From a virus (lineage: Duplodnaviria; Caudoviricetes), in the IMG/VR virus record IMGVR_UViG_3300031953_000087, positions 1-26,617 of that record: DNA of 26,617 nucleotides; one strand, written 5' to 3'. Shown here one piece after another: positions 1 through 8,812 of this stretch. The notes beneath the pieces are model-generated. The model was not told the DNA's origin. It made no database searches and was given only the letters and a program-made list of their open reading frames with translations. Made by a program: the position numbers and the translations under genes. Position 1 is the stretch's first letter. Each line of letters starts with the position of its first letter.

Positions 1-14
1 GTTTTGATTCGACC

Positions 15-29
15 GCGCGACCCTCGCGC
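15..29. repeat. Inverted repeat GCGCGA-ccc-TCGCGC just upstream of the terminase operon (candidate packaging or operator site)
   Basis: Perfect 6-bp inverted repeat seen directly, flanked by TCGA at 9-12 and 34-37. Function is inferred only from its position. Confidence 0.35.
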
Positions 30-52
30 AAACTCGATTGTTTGCCTTTGCT

Positions 53-81
53 TTGCCTGCAAGCCCGCTAGCCGCTACACT
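53..81 (+). promoter_or_regulatory. Sigma70-like promoter of the terminase/head operon, probably producing a leaderless mRNA
   Basis: TTGCCT (53-58), 17-nt spacer, TACACT (76-81). The ATG at 88 sits at the expected +1 position and has no Shine-Dalgarno. Confidence 0.6.
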
Positions 82-87
82 GGCCGC

Positions 88-933
88 ATGGCTAAAAATC
101 TAATCAGTCGCGTCGAATTAGCGCGCCGAGCTGGGGTCGCCCCGTCAAGCGTTACGAAGGCGTGCGCCGGCTCGTTAAAGAATTGTTGCACCGGGAAGCG
201 CGTCGACGCTGATCACCCGGACGTCGTCGCGTATATTGCAAGGCGCGAGCGCGCAACACGGGCGCCGGAGCTGCAGGGTATAGATCCGCTGTACGAGGAG
301 GCCGTCGATATACTGCGCGCCTGCCAGCGCCCTACGCAGACCGCCTTACGCAAGCCGCTGAACATCGGCGACAAGCGAGCGGCGACGCTGTTCGGTCTGG
401 TCAAGGCGACCGGGATCCTCGACGCCCCTGAACCGGACCCGGAGCCCGAACCCGTGGCCACGCCGGCAACCCGGGCCAATCCGCGAGGATGGGCCGCCCG
501 ACGCGAAACCAGAAAACGCGAGACGCCCATCCCCCACGACGATCAGATCTTTGCGGTACCGGAAGACATCCAAGCGTTCGCCGACATGACGCTGCGCGAG
601 CTGGTCGAGAAATTCGGGACCGACATCCGTTTCCTCGATTGGCTGAAAGCGACCAAGTCGATCGAGGACATCAACGAAAAACGGCTCAAGAACGCGGAGA
701 CGAAAGGCGAGCTCGTCAGCCGCCAGCTCGTCCGCCACGGGATCCTCGACCCGATCGAATCCGCACACGTCAAACTGCTAACCGACGGGGCGAAAACAAT
801 CGCCAGGCGCGCAACAGCGATGCACGGCTCCGGCCGCGACATGGAAGACATTGAGAAATTCGTCGCCGATCAGATCACGTCATTTCTGCGGCCGATGAAA
901 GCAAAAATCGCGAGGACGTTAAAAAATGCCTAG
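88..933 (+). CDS. terS: Terminase small subunit candidate (N-terminal HTH, internal FtsK-gamma-like domain, Nu1-like C-terminal region)
   Basis: Lies immediately upstream of, and overlaps, the GpA-type TerL. N-terminal HTH ISRVELARRAGVAPSSVTK. C-terminal 'RLKNAETKGELVSR' resembles lambda-type TerS coiled coils. Start moved from TTG 4 to ATG 88. Confidence 0.7.
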   Translation: MAKNLISRVELARRAGVAPSSVTKACAGSLKNCCTGKRVDADHPDVVAYIARRERATRAPELQGIDPLYEEAVDILRACQRPTQTALRKPLNIGDKRAATLFGLVKATGILDAPEPDPEPEPVATPATRANPRGWAARRETRKRETPIPHDDQIFAVPEDIQAFADMTLRELVEKFGTDIRFLDWLKATKSIEDINEKRLKNAETKGELVSRQLVRHGILDPIESAHVKLLTDGAKTIARRATAMHGSGRDMEDIEKFVADQITSFLRPMKAKIARTLKNA

Positions 934-2908
934 CTTGCAAGACATCGGCGCCGACTGGATCCTGGCCGAGATCGACGGGCTAACGGATGAAATTATTCAC
1001 GTCACGCCGACCGCCTACAACGAGGAGCACCGCTATCTGCCCGAGAGCGTGACCTCGATCCCCGGGTACCTGCGCTATGACGTCAATCCGTTTATGCGCG
1101 AAATCGTGGACTGTTTCGACATCGACAGCCCGGTCCGCGAGGTCAATTTAAAAAAGGGCGTCCAGATCACCTACACGACCGCGCTCGAATCCGGGATCCT
1201 GTATTTCGCTGGCCACGTCGGCACGCTGCCTATGATGTTTATGACCGCCGACCGGGAGCTGGCGAAAGCGCGGATCGAGAACAACTTGATCCCGATGTTT
1301 AATCAATCCGGAATGGCCGACATAATCCGCTCAAGCGACGAGGGCAACACGCGGAAAACCGGCAAGACCGCAAACCATTTGCAGTTCGCCAAGGGGGCTT
1401 ATCTGGTCCCGTTCGGCGCGAGGAACGCGGACAAGATGCGGAGCTATTCGATCGCAATTCTGCTGAAAGATGAAATCGACGCCTGGCCTGCGGTCGTCGG
1501 CAAGGACGGCGACCCGGACGCGTTAAGCGATGATCGCTGCTCCGCGTATTGGGAGCGCCGGAAAATATTCCGCGGCTCGACTCCGCTGCTAATGCCCGCC
1601 AGCAAAATCGAAGCGCAATACCGCCGAGGCGACCAGCGCAAATACATGGTTCTCTGCAAGTCCTGCGGGTTCGCCCAGCACCTGCGATGGGAGACCGTGG
1701 ACAAAGAGACCGGCGTCGTCGGGGGCTTCCAGTGGGAGACCGAACAGGGCTCGCTCATCCTCGAGTCGGTTCGCTACTGCTGCCAGAATTGCGGGCATGA
1801 GCATTTTGAGCACGACAAGGAACGACTGTTCAGTGAGGACCACGGCGCGCACTGGCTGGCCACGGCCCGCCCTGCCGAGCCTGGGATCCGGTCGTACCAC
1901 CTGCCGGCCCTGTACTCGCCGATCGGAATGCAGCCGTGGTACAAATGCGTTTCGGCGTACCTGAGCGGGTTTGACCCGGTCGAGCGCAAGGTCCGCGACA
2001 TCGGTAAATATCAGGTTTTTTATAATAACATCCTGGCCGAGCCGTTTGAGGTCATGGGCTCGAAAGTCCGGTTTACTAGCGTGTCGGCTCACCGCCGGGC
2101 GGTTTACCGCTGCGGCCAGATCCCGAACAACTACGCCGCGACTTACTCCGGCTCGCCGATCCTGTTCCTGACCTGCGAGGTCGACGTCCAGAAATTGAAC
2201 CTCGCGGTCGCTGTCATGGGCTGGACTCGGGACTTGCGTTGTTACGTAATCGATTACTGGCGGTTCGAAGATGCCGACTGCAGCGAGATCAGTTCCTCGG
2301 CCTGGGGGCGGTTGCGCGAGCTGGTCGAGGAGGCGGTCTATACGGCCGACGACGGCAAGCAATACCGAATCGCGATCACGCTAGTCGATGCCGGCTACGC
2401 AAACGACACGGTTACGACATTCTGCGCGGACTACGCAACCGGCGTTTACCCAATCCTCGGCCGCGACCGGGCAGCAAAAAATCAGCGGATCCAAGAATTC
2501 GCCGAGTTCAAAACGCAATCGGGAACGATCGGGTACCGGATCCTAGTCGATCACTACAAAGACCGGCTCGCAACCGTCCTGCGCCGGGACTGGACCGAGG
2601 ATTCTGGCCTGCAAAGCCCGTATCATTTCAACGCACCCGTGGACATGACCGACGCGGCGCTCAAGGAATTGACGATCGAGAGCCGGCGCGAGAAAAACGA
2701 CGGGCGCGGCAACGTTACGTACTACTGGTACCGGCCGGGAAACGCTCGACAGGAGCTCTGGGATCTGCTCGGGTACGGACACGCGGCGGTCGAGATCATG
2801 GCATATTCGATTTGTATCCAGCATTTTCAGCTTGAAACGATCGACTGGCCTCGGTTCTGGGACTACGTCGAAGCCGAGAAACTTTACTTTACCGAGCCGC
2901 GCGCATAA
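926..2908 (+). CDS. terL: Terminase large subunit, lambda GpA family
   Basis: PFMREIVD, Walker A-like KKGVQITYT, Walker B LLKDEID, GSTP coupling motif, Zn ribbon CKSC...CQNC, nuclease acidic motifs VDVQ and VDAGY; 660 aa. Confidence 0.95.
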   Translation: MPSLQDIGADWILAEIDGLTDEIIHVTPTAYNEEHRYLPESVTSIPGYLRYDVNPFMREIVDCFDIDSPVREVNLKKGVQITYTTALESGILYFAGHVGTLPMMFMTADRELAKARIENNLIPMFNQSGMADIIRSSDEGNTRKTGKTANHLQFAKGAYLVPFGARNADKMRSYSIAILLKDEIDAWPAVVGKDGDPDALSDDRCSAYWERRKIFRGSTPLLMPASKIEAQYRRGDQRKYMVLCKSCGFAQHLRWETVDKETGVVGGFQWETEQGSLILESVRYCCQNCGHEHFEHDKERLFSEDHGAHWLATARPAEPGIRSYHLPALYSPIGMQPWYKCVSAYLSGFDPVERKVRDIGKYQVFYNNILAEPFEVMGSKVRFTSVSAHRRAVYRCGQIPNNYAATYSGSPILFLTCEVDVQKLNLAVAVMGWTRDLRCYVIDYWRFEDADCSEISSSAWGRLRELVEEAVYTADDGKQYRIAITLVDAGYANDTVTTFCADYATGVYPILGRDRAAKNQRIQEFAEFKTQSGTIGYRILVDHYKDRLATVLRRDWTEDSGLQSPYHFNAPVDMTDAALKELTIESRREKNDGRGNVTYYWYRPGNARQELWDLLGYGHAAVEIMAYSICIQHFQLETIDWPRFWDYVEAEKLYFTEPRA

Positions 2909-2945
2909 TCTAACGGCTGGTAAACCCATCAAAGGACCGCCCCGA

Positions 2946-3203
2946 ATGGCCGACCGTCAATTCTGGCTCGACCGGATCGAGAAAACGAAACTGCTAATCA
3001 TCGCCTGGGAGGACGCCGAGCTCGCGCTCGCTGCCGGCGGCGTGCAGTCGTACACGCTCGACACCGGACAGACCCGGCAGACCGTCACGAAAGCCGATCT
3101 CGGAACAATTCGAAACACGATCGACAGCCTGCTGAACCGATTGGTCACGCTTGAGGCGAGGATCGGGAACGGCGGCGTGGTCATTGTGAGGCCTGCATGG
3201 TAA
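2946..3203 (+). CDS. Head-tail adaptor, gpW-like
   Basis: 85 aa between TerL and portal; helix, beta-hairpin (QSYTLDTGQTRQTVT), helix pattern typical of gpW; AAAGGA RBS upstream of ATG 2946. Confidence 0.75.
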   Translation: MADRQFWLDRIEKTKLLIIAWEDAELALAAGGVQSYTLDTGQTRQTVTKADLGTIRNTIDSLLNRLVTLEARIGNGGVVIVRPAW

Positions 3204-4900
3204 CTAAACCGAGCTTTCTACAGCGGGCGATCAATAGCGTATGGCACGCGACGCACCCGGCGACCGCCGACAGCGCAGCAACCGAAGCGACCGCCGTCGA
3301 CGACTTGAAGCCGTTCGCGTATATGGGCAACACCGGCCCCGCGCCCGTGGTCAATACGTGGATGGACGGCGAGAAATTTTTCGGCGGGTTCGGCGCAACC
3401 GAGCTGCAGACCGTTGATTACTGGACGCTGCGCCAGCGCTCCGCCCAGCTGTTCAATGAAAACTTATATGCGCGCGGTTTGATCCGGCGTCTAATCACGA
3501 ACGAGATAAACACGGGCTTGACGCCCGAGGCGGCGCCGGACGAGCAGATCATCGGAGTTGCCGAGGACAGTCTCAACGACTGGACAGAGCTCACCGAGAA
3601 CCGTTTCAACATCTGGGGCAAACAGGCCGAGGTCTGCGACCATCATAAACGCTACACGTTTGGCGCGATCCAGCGGGCGGCCCGAGCCGAGGCGCTGATC
3701 GCTGGCGACGTCTTGGTCGTCCTGCGGATTTCTCCGAGCACCCGAATGCCAACTATTCAGCTTGTCCCGGGCGAAAAGGTCCGGACGCCGCTCGGAGGTA
3801 ACGAGGGGCTACGCGTAGGGCATACGATAACCTACGGCGTCGAGCAGGACGCGAGCGGGCGAGTGGTCGCGCATTGGGTCACCCAGGCCGACGGGGGCAG
3901 CAAACGCCTGCCAGCGTTTGGCGCGCGCACAGGCCGCCGTATTTCTTGGCTGGTCTACGGTACCGACAAACGCCTCGGAGACGTCCGCGGGCAGCCGTTG
4001 CTGTCTTTGGTCATGCAGTCGTTGAAAGAGGTCGACCGGTACCGCGACAGCGCCCAGCGCAAAGCCGTGGTCAACTCAATTCTGGCAATGTACATCAAGA
4101 AAACCGAGGCGAAAGCGGGGACGCTGCCCGTCTCGAACGGCGCAGTCCGACGCGACACCGCGCAGACGACCGACGGCGATGGCACGCCCCGCCAGTTTAA
4201 CCTTGCGAACCAGATCCCCGGCGTTGTCATGGAGGAACTGCAGCAAGGCGAGGAGCCGGTCGGGTTCCATAGTCAGGGGACCGACGTCAATTTCGGGGAG
4301 TTTGAGCGGGCGCTAATTCAATCCGTCGCCTGGGCAAACGAGGTACCCCCGGAGATCCTGACGCTTGCTTTCTCGAATAATTATTCCGCCAGCCAAGCCG
4401 CAATTAACGAGTTTAAGATTTACTTGAATAAGATTTGGACCGATTTCGGCGAGACGTTCTGCTCGCCGATTTATCAAGAATGGCTGATCAGCGAAGCGCT
4501 GCAGCAAAAGATCCGATCGCCGGGCATGCTGGAAGCCTGGCGGGATCCGCAAAAATACGACGTCTTTGGCGCGTGGACGACCGTCGATTGGTACGGCTCG
4601 ATTAAGCCGTCGACCGACATGCTGAAACAGGTCAAGGGCTCGGACTTGCTGGTCGCTGGCGGATACTCTACCCGGGCCCGCGAGGCGCGCATCACCACCG
4701 GGACAAAGTTCTCGAAAAACATAAAGCGCTTGAAGCGCGAGAATCAGCTGCTCGCCGATGCGATGCGGCCGACGCTTGAGCTCGAACGAGAGTTCGCTGG
4801 CGGCAACGGCGGCGACGCGGCGGGCGCAATTAGGGCACTGAAAGAGGGGACCGCCTCGGTCCTTTCACTCGTTGAGGACATGCAAGATGGCAGCGCGTAG
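3197..4900 (+). CDS. Portal protein, lambda family
   Basis: LRQRSAQLFNEN, GDVLV, VRGQPLL and NYSASQAA motifs of lambda-type portals; 567 aa; gene order. Confidence 0.93.
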   Translation: MVTKPSFLQRAINSVWHATHPATADSAATEATAVDDLKPFAYMGNTGPAPVVNTWMDGEKFFGGFGATELQTVDYWTLRQRSAQLFNENLYARGLIRRLITNEINTGLTPEAAPDEQIIGVAEDSLNDWTELTENRFNIWGKQAEVCDHHKRYTFGAIQRAARAEALIAGDVLVVLRISPSTRMPTIQLVPGEKVRTPLGGNEGLRVGHTITYGVEQDASGRVVAHWVTQADGGSKRLPAFGARTGRRISWLVYGTDKRLGDVRGQPLLSLVMQSLKEVDRYRDSAQRKAVVNSILAMYIKKTEAKAGTLPVSNGAVRRDTAQTTDGDGTPRQFNLANQIPGVVMEELQQGEEPVGFHSQGTDVNFGEFERALIQSVAWANEVPPEILTLAFSNNYSASQAAINEFKIYLNKIWTDFGETFCSPIYQEWLISEALQQKIRSPGMLEAWRDPQKYDVFGAWTTVDWYGSIKPSTDMLKQVKGSDLLVAGGYSTRAREARITTGTKFSKNIKRLKRENQLLADAMRPTLELEREFAGGNGGDAAGAIRALKEGTASVLSLVEDMQDGSA

Positions 4901-5630
4901 CGTTTTTAATATACAAAACGACGTCCCGGCTGCGATTGGCCTCGGGCTCATAAAAGAGGCTAATCAGTACGAGGTTTTCGGCGCCCGCACGGGCCTAATT
5001 AGCGGCGTCGAGGAGGACATTTCTTTCTTGGCGGCGGACACAATACCGCTGCCGAGCAACAGCGGCCAACAGCTGGAGGTCGTCAGCACGGACGCGGCCG
5101 ACACGCAGCTGATCGAGTTCGAGGCCCTTGGTCCGGGCGCGGTAGTAATTCCAAATTTTTCTGTCAACTTGAACGGGACGACGCCGGTCCTGCTGCCCGA
5201 GGCGCTAATATCCCGGATTAACGAAATGGAAAACGCTGACCTGACCCCGTTCCTCGGGACCGTGAACATACAAGCCGCAGGCGCCGGGGCAATTTTCGGA
5301 ACCATGCGGCCGGAAGACCAGCAGATGAACCAGTGTATGTATACGGTTCCGGCGGGCAGACGGTGGCTCATAAAAAGATTGATTGGTACGCTGCAGCGGT
5401 CGACAGGAACAGAAAACGATCTAACGCTGTCGATTCTTTTTAAGAAATTCGACGGCACGGCCTGGCGTCGGCCGTTCGCGTTTGGCCTGCAGCGCAGCGG
5501 CGACTCAAGTTTCGATATTGAAAATGATTACCCGAGCGTGGGGGCCGGCCCGGTTGACATTAAACTGACCGCGCGGTCCAGCGTGGCCGGCGCGGACGTG
5601 TCGGGACGGATAAACGGCCTTTTACTTTGA
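4887..5630 (+). CDS. Hypothetical beta-rich phage protein inserted between portal and protease
   Basis: GAGGA RBS (4874-4878) before ATG 4887; 247 aa filling the gap; motifs LNGTTPV, SRIN, YTVPAG. Confidence 0.75.
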   Translation: MAARSVFNIQNDVPAAIGLGLIKEANQYEVFGARTGLISGVEEDISFLAADTIPLPSNSGQQLEVVSTDAADTQLIEFEALGPGAVVIPNFSVNLNGTTPVLLPEALISRINEMENADLTPFLGTVNIQAAGAGAIFGTMRPEDQQMNQCMYTVPAGRRWLIKRLIGTLQRSTGTENDLTLSILFKKFDGTAWRRPFAFGLQRSGDSSFDIENDYPSVGAGPVDIKLTARSSVAGADVSGRINGLLL

Positions 5631-5655
5631 CATACAAAAAACCCGCGCCTACGAT
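5627..5655 (+). promoter_or_regulatory. Near-consensus sigma70 promoter for the protease-decoration-capsid genes
   Basis: TTGACA (5627-5632), 17-nt spacer, TACGAT (5650-5655); RBS AAGGGAG before ATG 5681. Confidence 0.8.
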
Positions 5656-5680
5656 AGCGGATAACTAAGGGAGTTTCGAT

Positions 5681-6892
5681 ATGTGGCTATTAGAGCCGGA
5701 TGTCCGCGCAAGACTTGAAGCCGCGCTGAATTCAGGAGCGGCGCCAACCGCCGGACAACAAGCCGAATACGAGGCGCGCTTTTACGAGGACGACGAAAGC
5801 GGAGCGAGTAAAGGGTCGCGGATCATGTCAACCGCCGGCCGTTCTGCCGAGATCAAGATCGCCGGCGTAATGACCAAAAACCCGGATTTCCTTGCGATGC
5901 TGTTCGGGGGCGGAAACACCACGTACCCGCAGATCGTCGACGCCATCAACCAGGCGGAGGCGAACGCCGAGGTCGACGACATTACGCTCGCAATCGACAG
6001 TCCAGGCGGCGGGTTCGATGGCCTGTTTGACGCGCTGGCCGCTATTGAAGCGGCGAAAAAGCCGATTACCGCCGTTATTTCTGGCCTTGGCGCGTCCGCA
6101 GCATACGCGATTGCCAGCCAAGCCGGCGAGATCGTCGCGACTAACCGAGCGAGCCGGATCGGCAGCATCGGCGTTGCCGCAGAATTCAGGGTCCGAGAGG
6201 ACTCGGTAACCCTCACCAGCACCAACGCGCCGCGAAAGCGCCCCGACGTTCAGACGGACGAGGGCCGGGCGATGGTGATAGAAGAACTGGACGCGATGCA
6301 CGACCTTTTTGTCGACGCCATCGCTAAAGGCCGAGGCGTCACACCCTCGGAAGTAAACGCCAGTTTCGGGCAGGGGTCCACCTACCTTGCGGACACGGCC
6401 TTAAAGCGTGGTATGATCGACCGTGTAGGCGCTACTAGCCTAAAAATGGTCGGTCGTACCGACACAACCACCGCCCGCAACGGCGGGAATCAACCGGAGG
6501 CCGGATCAATGGACCTTAACGAACTAAAGGCCAAGCATCCCGCCGTCTATGCGGCGGCGATGCAGGAAGGCGTAGACCAAGAGCGTGACCGCGTGGTCGC
6601 ACACCTGAACATGGGCGTGCAAGCGGGCATCATAGACACCGCTGTCGCCTCGATTAAAAGCGGCGCAGGCATGACTCTGACCCTACAGTCCGAGTATATG
6701 AATGCAGCGGTCAACAAACGGGACACCGACCGGCGCGCGCTGGACGATGCTGACACCGGGGCCGCAAATGGCGCCGCTGCTACCAGCACCGAGGAAGACG
6801 GCCGAGCCCGCGACGCGAAAGCGGAGAAAGGGATTTGGGCGTTTGCGATGGACCGCTGCGGCGTAGAAATGGAGGGCGGCGCTAATGTCTAA
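5681..6892 (+). CDS. Head maturation protease, S49 (SppA/lambda gpC-like), with C-terminal scaffold region
   Basis: IDSPGG, GASAAYAIA, IGSIGV and FVDAIAKGRG motifs; acidic, Ala-rich C-terminal extension. Confidence 0.9.
   Translation: MWLLEPDVRARLEAALNSGAAPTAGQQAEYEARFYEDDESGASKGSRIMSTAGRSAEIKIAGVMTKNPDFLAMLFGGGNTTYPQIVDAINQAEANAEVDDITLAIDSPGGGFDGLFDALAAIEAAKKPITAVISGLGASAAYAIASQAGEIVATNRASRIGSIGVAAEFRVREDSVTLTSTNAPRKRPDVQTDEGRAMVIEELDAMHDLFVDAIAKGRGVTPSEVNASFGQGSTYLADTALKRGMIDRVGATSLKMVGRTDTTTARNGGNQPEAGSMDLNELKAKHPAVYAAAMQEGVDQERDRVVAHLNMGVQAGIIDTAVASIKSGAGMTLTLQSEYMNAAVNKRDTDRRALDDADTGAANGAAATSTEEDGRARDAKAEKGIWAFAMDRCGVEMEGGANV
6509..6892 (+). CDS. Nested in-frame scaffolding protein (lambda Nu3-like)
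   Basis: Internal GGAGG (6496-6500) lies 8 nt before an in-frame ATG at 6509 (MDLNELKAKHPAVY...ERDRV), just after the protease domain. Confidence 0.65.
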   Translation: MDLNELKAKHPAVYAAAMQEGVDQERDRVVAHLNMGVQAGIIDTAVASIKSGAGMTLTLQSEYMNAAVNKRDTDRRALDDADTGAANGAAATSTEEDGRARDAKAEKGIWAFAMDRCGVEMEGGANV

Positions 6893-7286
6893 CATTGAAG
6901 TCACAACCAACCAGACAAACGGGATCCGCATTTGGGAACCGATTCACAAAGACGATCTCGTGACGCTTGCCGGCGCGGATGTTTTGCCCGCGGGTACGAT
7001 CTTGGCGCGCGATTCGGTATCGCTTAATTTGGTCCTGTTCGTTAAGGGCGGAACGACAACCGGGAACGGCATCCCGAAAGCGGTTATTGATTACGGATTC
7101 ACCGCAACCGGCGCCGGCACGTTTTCAGTGCGCGCTCTCGTCGGCGGCCGCATCCGTGCGGCTGACCTTGTAATCGACGCCGATGGCGACGCGACAAACG
7201 TCGACGCCGCAGTTCTCGATCAGCTCCGCGACTTCGGCCTCGTTGGCCTATCGACCGCGCAGCTGTCAACTCTCGATAATCAGTAA
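6885..7286 (+). CDS. Head decoration protein (lambda gpD-like)
   Basis: 133 aa between protease and major capsid protein; 'LPAGTILARDS' motif; GGAGGG RBS. Confidence 0.75.
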   Translation: MSNIEVTTNQTNGIRIWEPIHKDDLVTLAGADVLPAGTILARDSVSLNLVLFVKGGTTTGNGIPKAVIDYGFTATGAGTFSVRALVGGRIRAADLVIDADGDATNVDAAVLDQLRDFGLVGLSTAQLSTLDNQ

Positions 7287-7298
7287 GGGGTCCAGACA

Positions 7299-8390
7299 AT
7301 GGCCGTTGAACTAAAGCGCGAAGGCTGGATCCAGTTATTCAGTCAAATGAGAAGCCCAAACGGCTTCCTATCTCGTTTCTTCACTATCAAGCCCGGCGGC
7401 GTTTATAACGGCGACAAAGTGGCGATCGACATCCAACGATTCGGCGAAGACGTCGCCATCGCAATCAAAAAATGTACTGGCCCGAATCTGAACGATTTTG
7501 ACCAGTTCACGACCAAGGAATTTACCCCGCCAGCCTATGGCGAAGCGTTCCCGCTGGACGTGTGCGACCTGCTGAACCGCATGGCGGGCGTTGACCCGTA
7601 TACAGCCGCGTACACCGAGTATGCCGGGCAGCTGGTCAGCATGATGGCGCAGGGCTTTAGCCTGATTGACGACAAGATCAAGCGCGCAGTCGAACTGCAG
7701 GCCGCGCAGATTTTGGTAACCGGTCAGCTGACCCTAACCGACAAAAACGGAAACACCGTTTACGAGCTGGATTTCAAACCGAAAGCGACGCATTTCCCGA
7801 CCACCGGGACCGCGTGGTCTAACGGCGCAGCGACACCGCTGGTTGATCTGGCAGCGCTTGCAAAAATCATTCGGTCGGACGGCAAGGTAAACCCGGACAT
7901 TCTGATCATGGGCGAGTCTGCCCTGTCGAATTTCCTGGCAAACGCGGAAGTCCAAGCGCAAGCGGATAACCGTCGTTATGAGCTGACCGAAATCGCTCCG
8001 CAGCTAATGGACTCGGGCGCCACGATGTACGGTTTTTATTGGATCGGAACCTACCGGTTCGCCGTGTGGTCCTATCCGGACACCTACGACGATCCCGCAA
8101 CCGGCACCCCGACCGAGTACGTGCCCACCGACAAGGTGATCATGTTGTCGAGCAAAACCCGTTTCGACATGACCAGCGCTCGCGTTCCGTTGCCCCTGGG
8201 CCCGGATCCACGCGTCGCAGGCCTTTTGCCTGGCCGTTTGACCAGTCGCGCCCCCGGCGGTAACTTTGACGTTACGCCGAACGTGTACGCGACGCCGAAC
8301 GGTAAGCAAATCATGGGCGAGCTGGAAAGCCGGCCTCTGCTTATCCCAGTCCAGATTGACGGGTACGGTTGCCTCGACACAGCGCCGTAA
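7299..8390 (+). CDS. Major capsid protein, lambda gpE family
   Basis: 363 aa; FTPPAY, IKRAVELQAAQILVTGQL, W..ATPLVDL and C-terminal ESRPLLIP motifs; followed by a terminator. Confidence 0.92.
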   Translation: MAVELKREGWIQLFSQMRSPNGFLSRFFTIKPGGVYNGDKVAIDIQRFGEDVAIAIKKCTGPNLNDFDQFTTKEFTPPAYGEAFPLDVCDLLNRMAGVDPYTAAYTEYAGQLVSMMAQGFSLIDDKIKRAVELQAAQILVTGQLTLTDKNGNTVYELDFKPKATHFPTTGTAWSNGAATPLVDLAALAKIIRSDGKVNPDILIMGESALSNFLANAEVQAQADNRRYELTEIAPQLMDSGATMYGFYWIGTYRFAVWSYPDTYDDPATGTPTEYVPTDKVIMLSSKTRFDMTSARVPLPLGPDPRVAGLLPGRLTSRAPGGNFDVTPNVYATPNGKQIMGELESRPLLIPVQIDGYGCLDTAP

Positions 8391-8409
8391 CGGCAAGGCA
8401 ATAGCAACG

Positions 8410-8441
8410 AAAGCCGCTCTCACTAACGGGGGCGGCTTTTT
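8410..8441 (+). terminator. Rho-independent terminator after the major capsid gene
   Basis: AAAGCCGCTCTC-actaac-GGGGGCGGCTTT stem (with G:U pairs) running into a T-tract. Confidence 0.8.
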
Positions 8442-8466
8442 AAGATAGCCAAATGGGGCAAAAATC

Positions 8467-8811
8467 ATGCCAAGCAATAAAGAGCTAATCAACGAAGCGA
8501 ACAACCTGGCCGACGAGCTGGAACTGTCGGTTCAAACCGACGGGCTCAAAAATGAAAGCCTGGCCGAGCTCGTGTCGGACCTGCGCGCGAAGAAACGCGA
8601 CGCCGACATCCAGACCCAAGCCGACGACACCGACGACACCGACGAGTCGGGCCCCCTGGCCAAAATCGACGAACATCGCGTAACCGAAGGCCGCAGCGTG
8701 ACCACAAAACGCGGCATTATCGGACCCGGCGGAAGCATCCGCGCGTCTGACCTGTCAGGCGGCGAGAGCTCGCTGCAGGGACTTGTAAAGAACGGCGCGG
8801 TTAAGGTCTGA
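8467..8811 (+). CDS. Hypothetical virion-assembly protein (two small domains joined by an acidic linker; position of lambda gpFI)
   Basis: 114 aa directly after the capsid terminator; linker encoded by a 9-nt tandem repeat CCGACGACA at 8621-8645. Confidence 0.7.
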   Translation: MPSNKELINEANNLADELELSVQTDGLKNESLAELVSDLRAKKRDADIQTQADDTDDTDESGPLAKIDEHRVTEGRSVTTKRGIIGPGGSIRASDLSGGESSLQGLVKNGAVKV

Positions 8812-8812
8812 C

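Noticed and set aside
4-87. N-terminal extension of TerS from TTG 4
   Set aside because: The region holds the promoter and dyad elements, and the HTH begins right after ATG 88.
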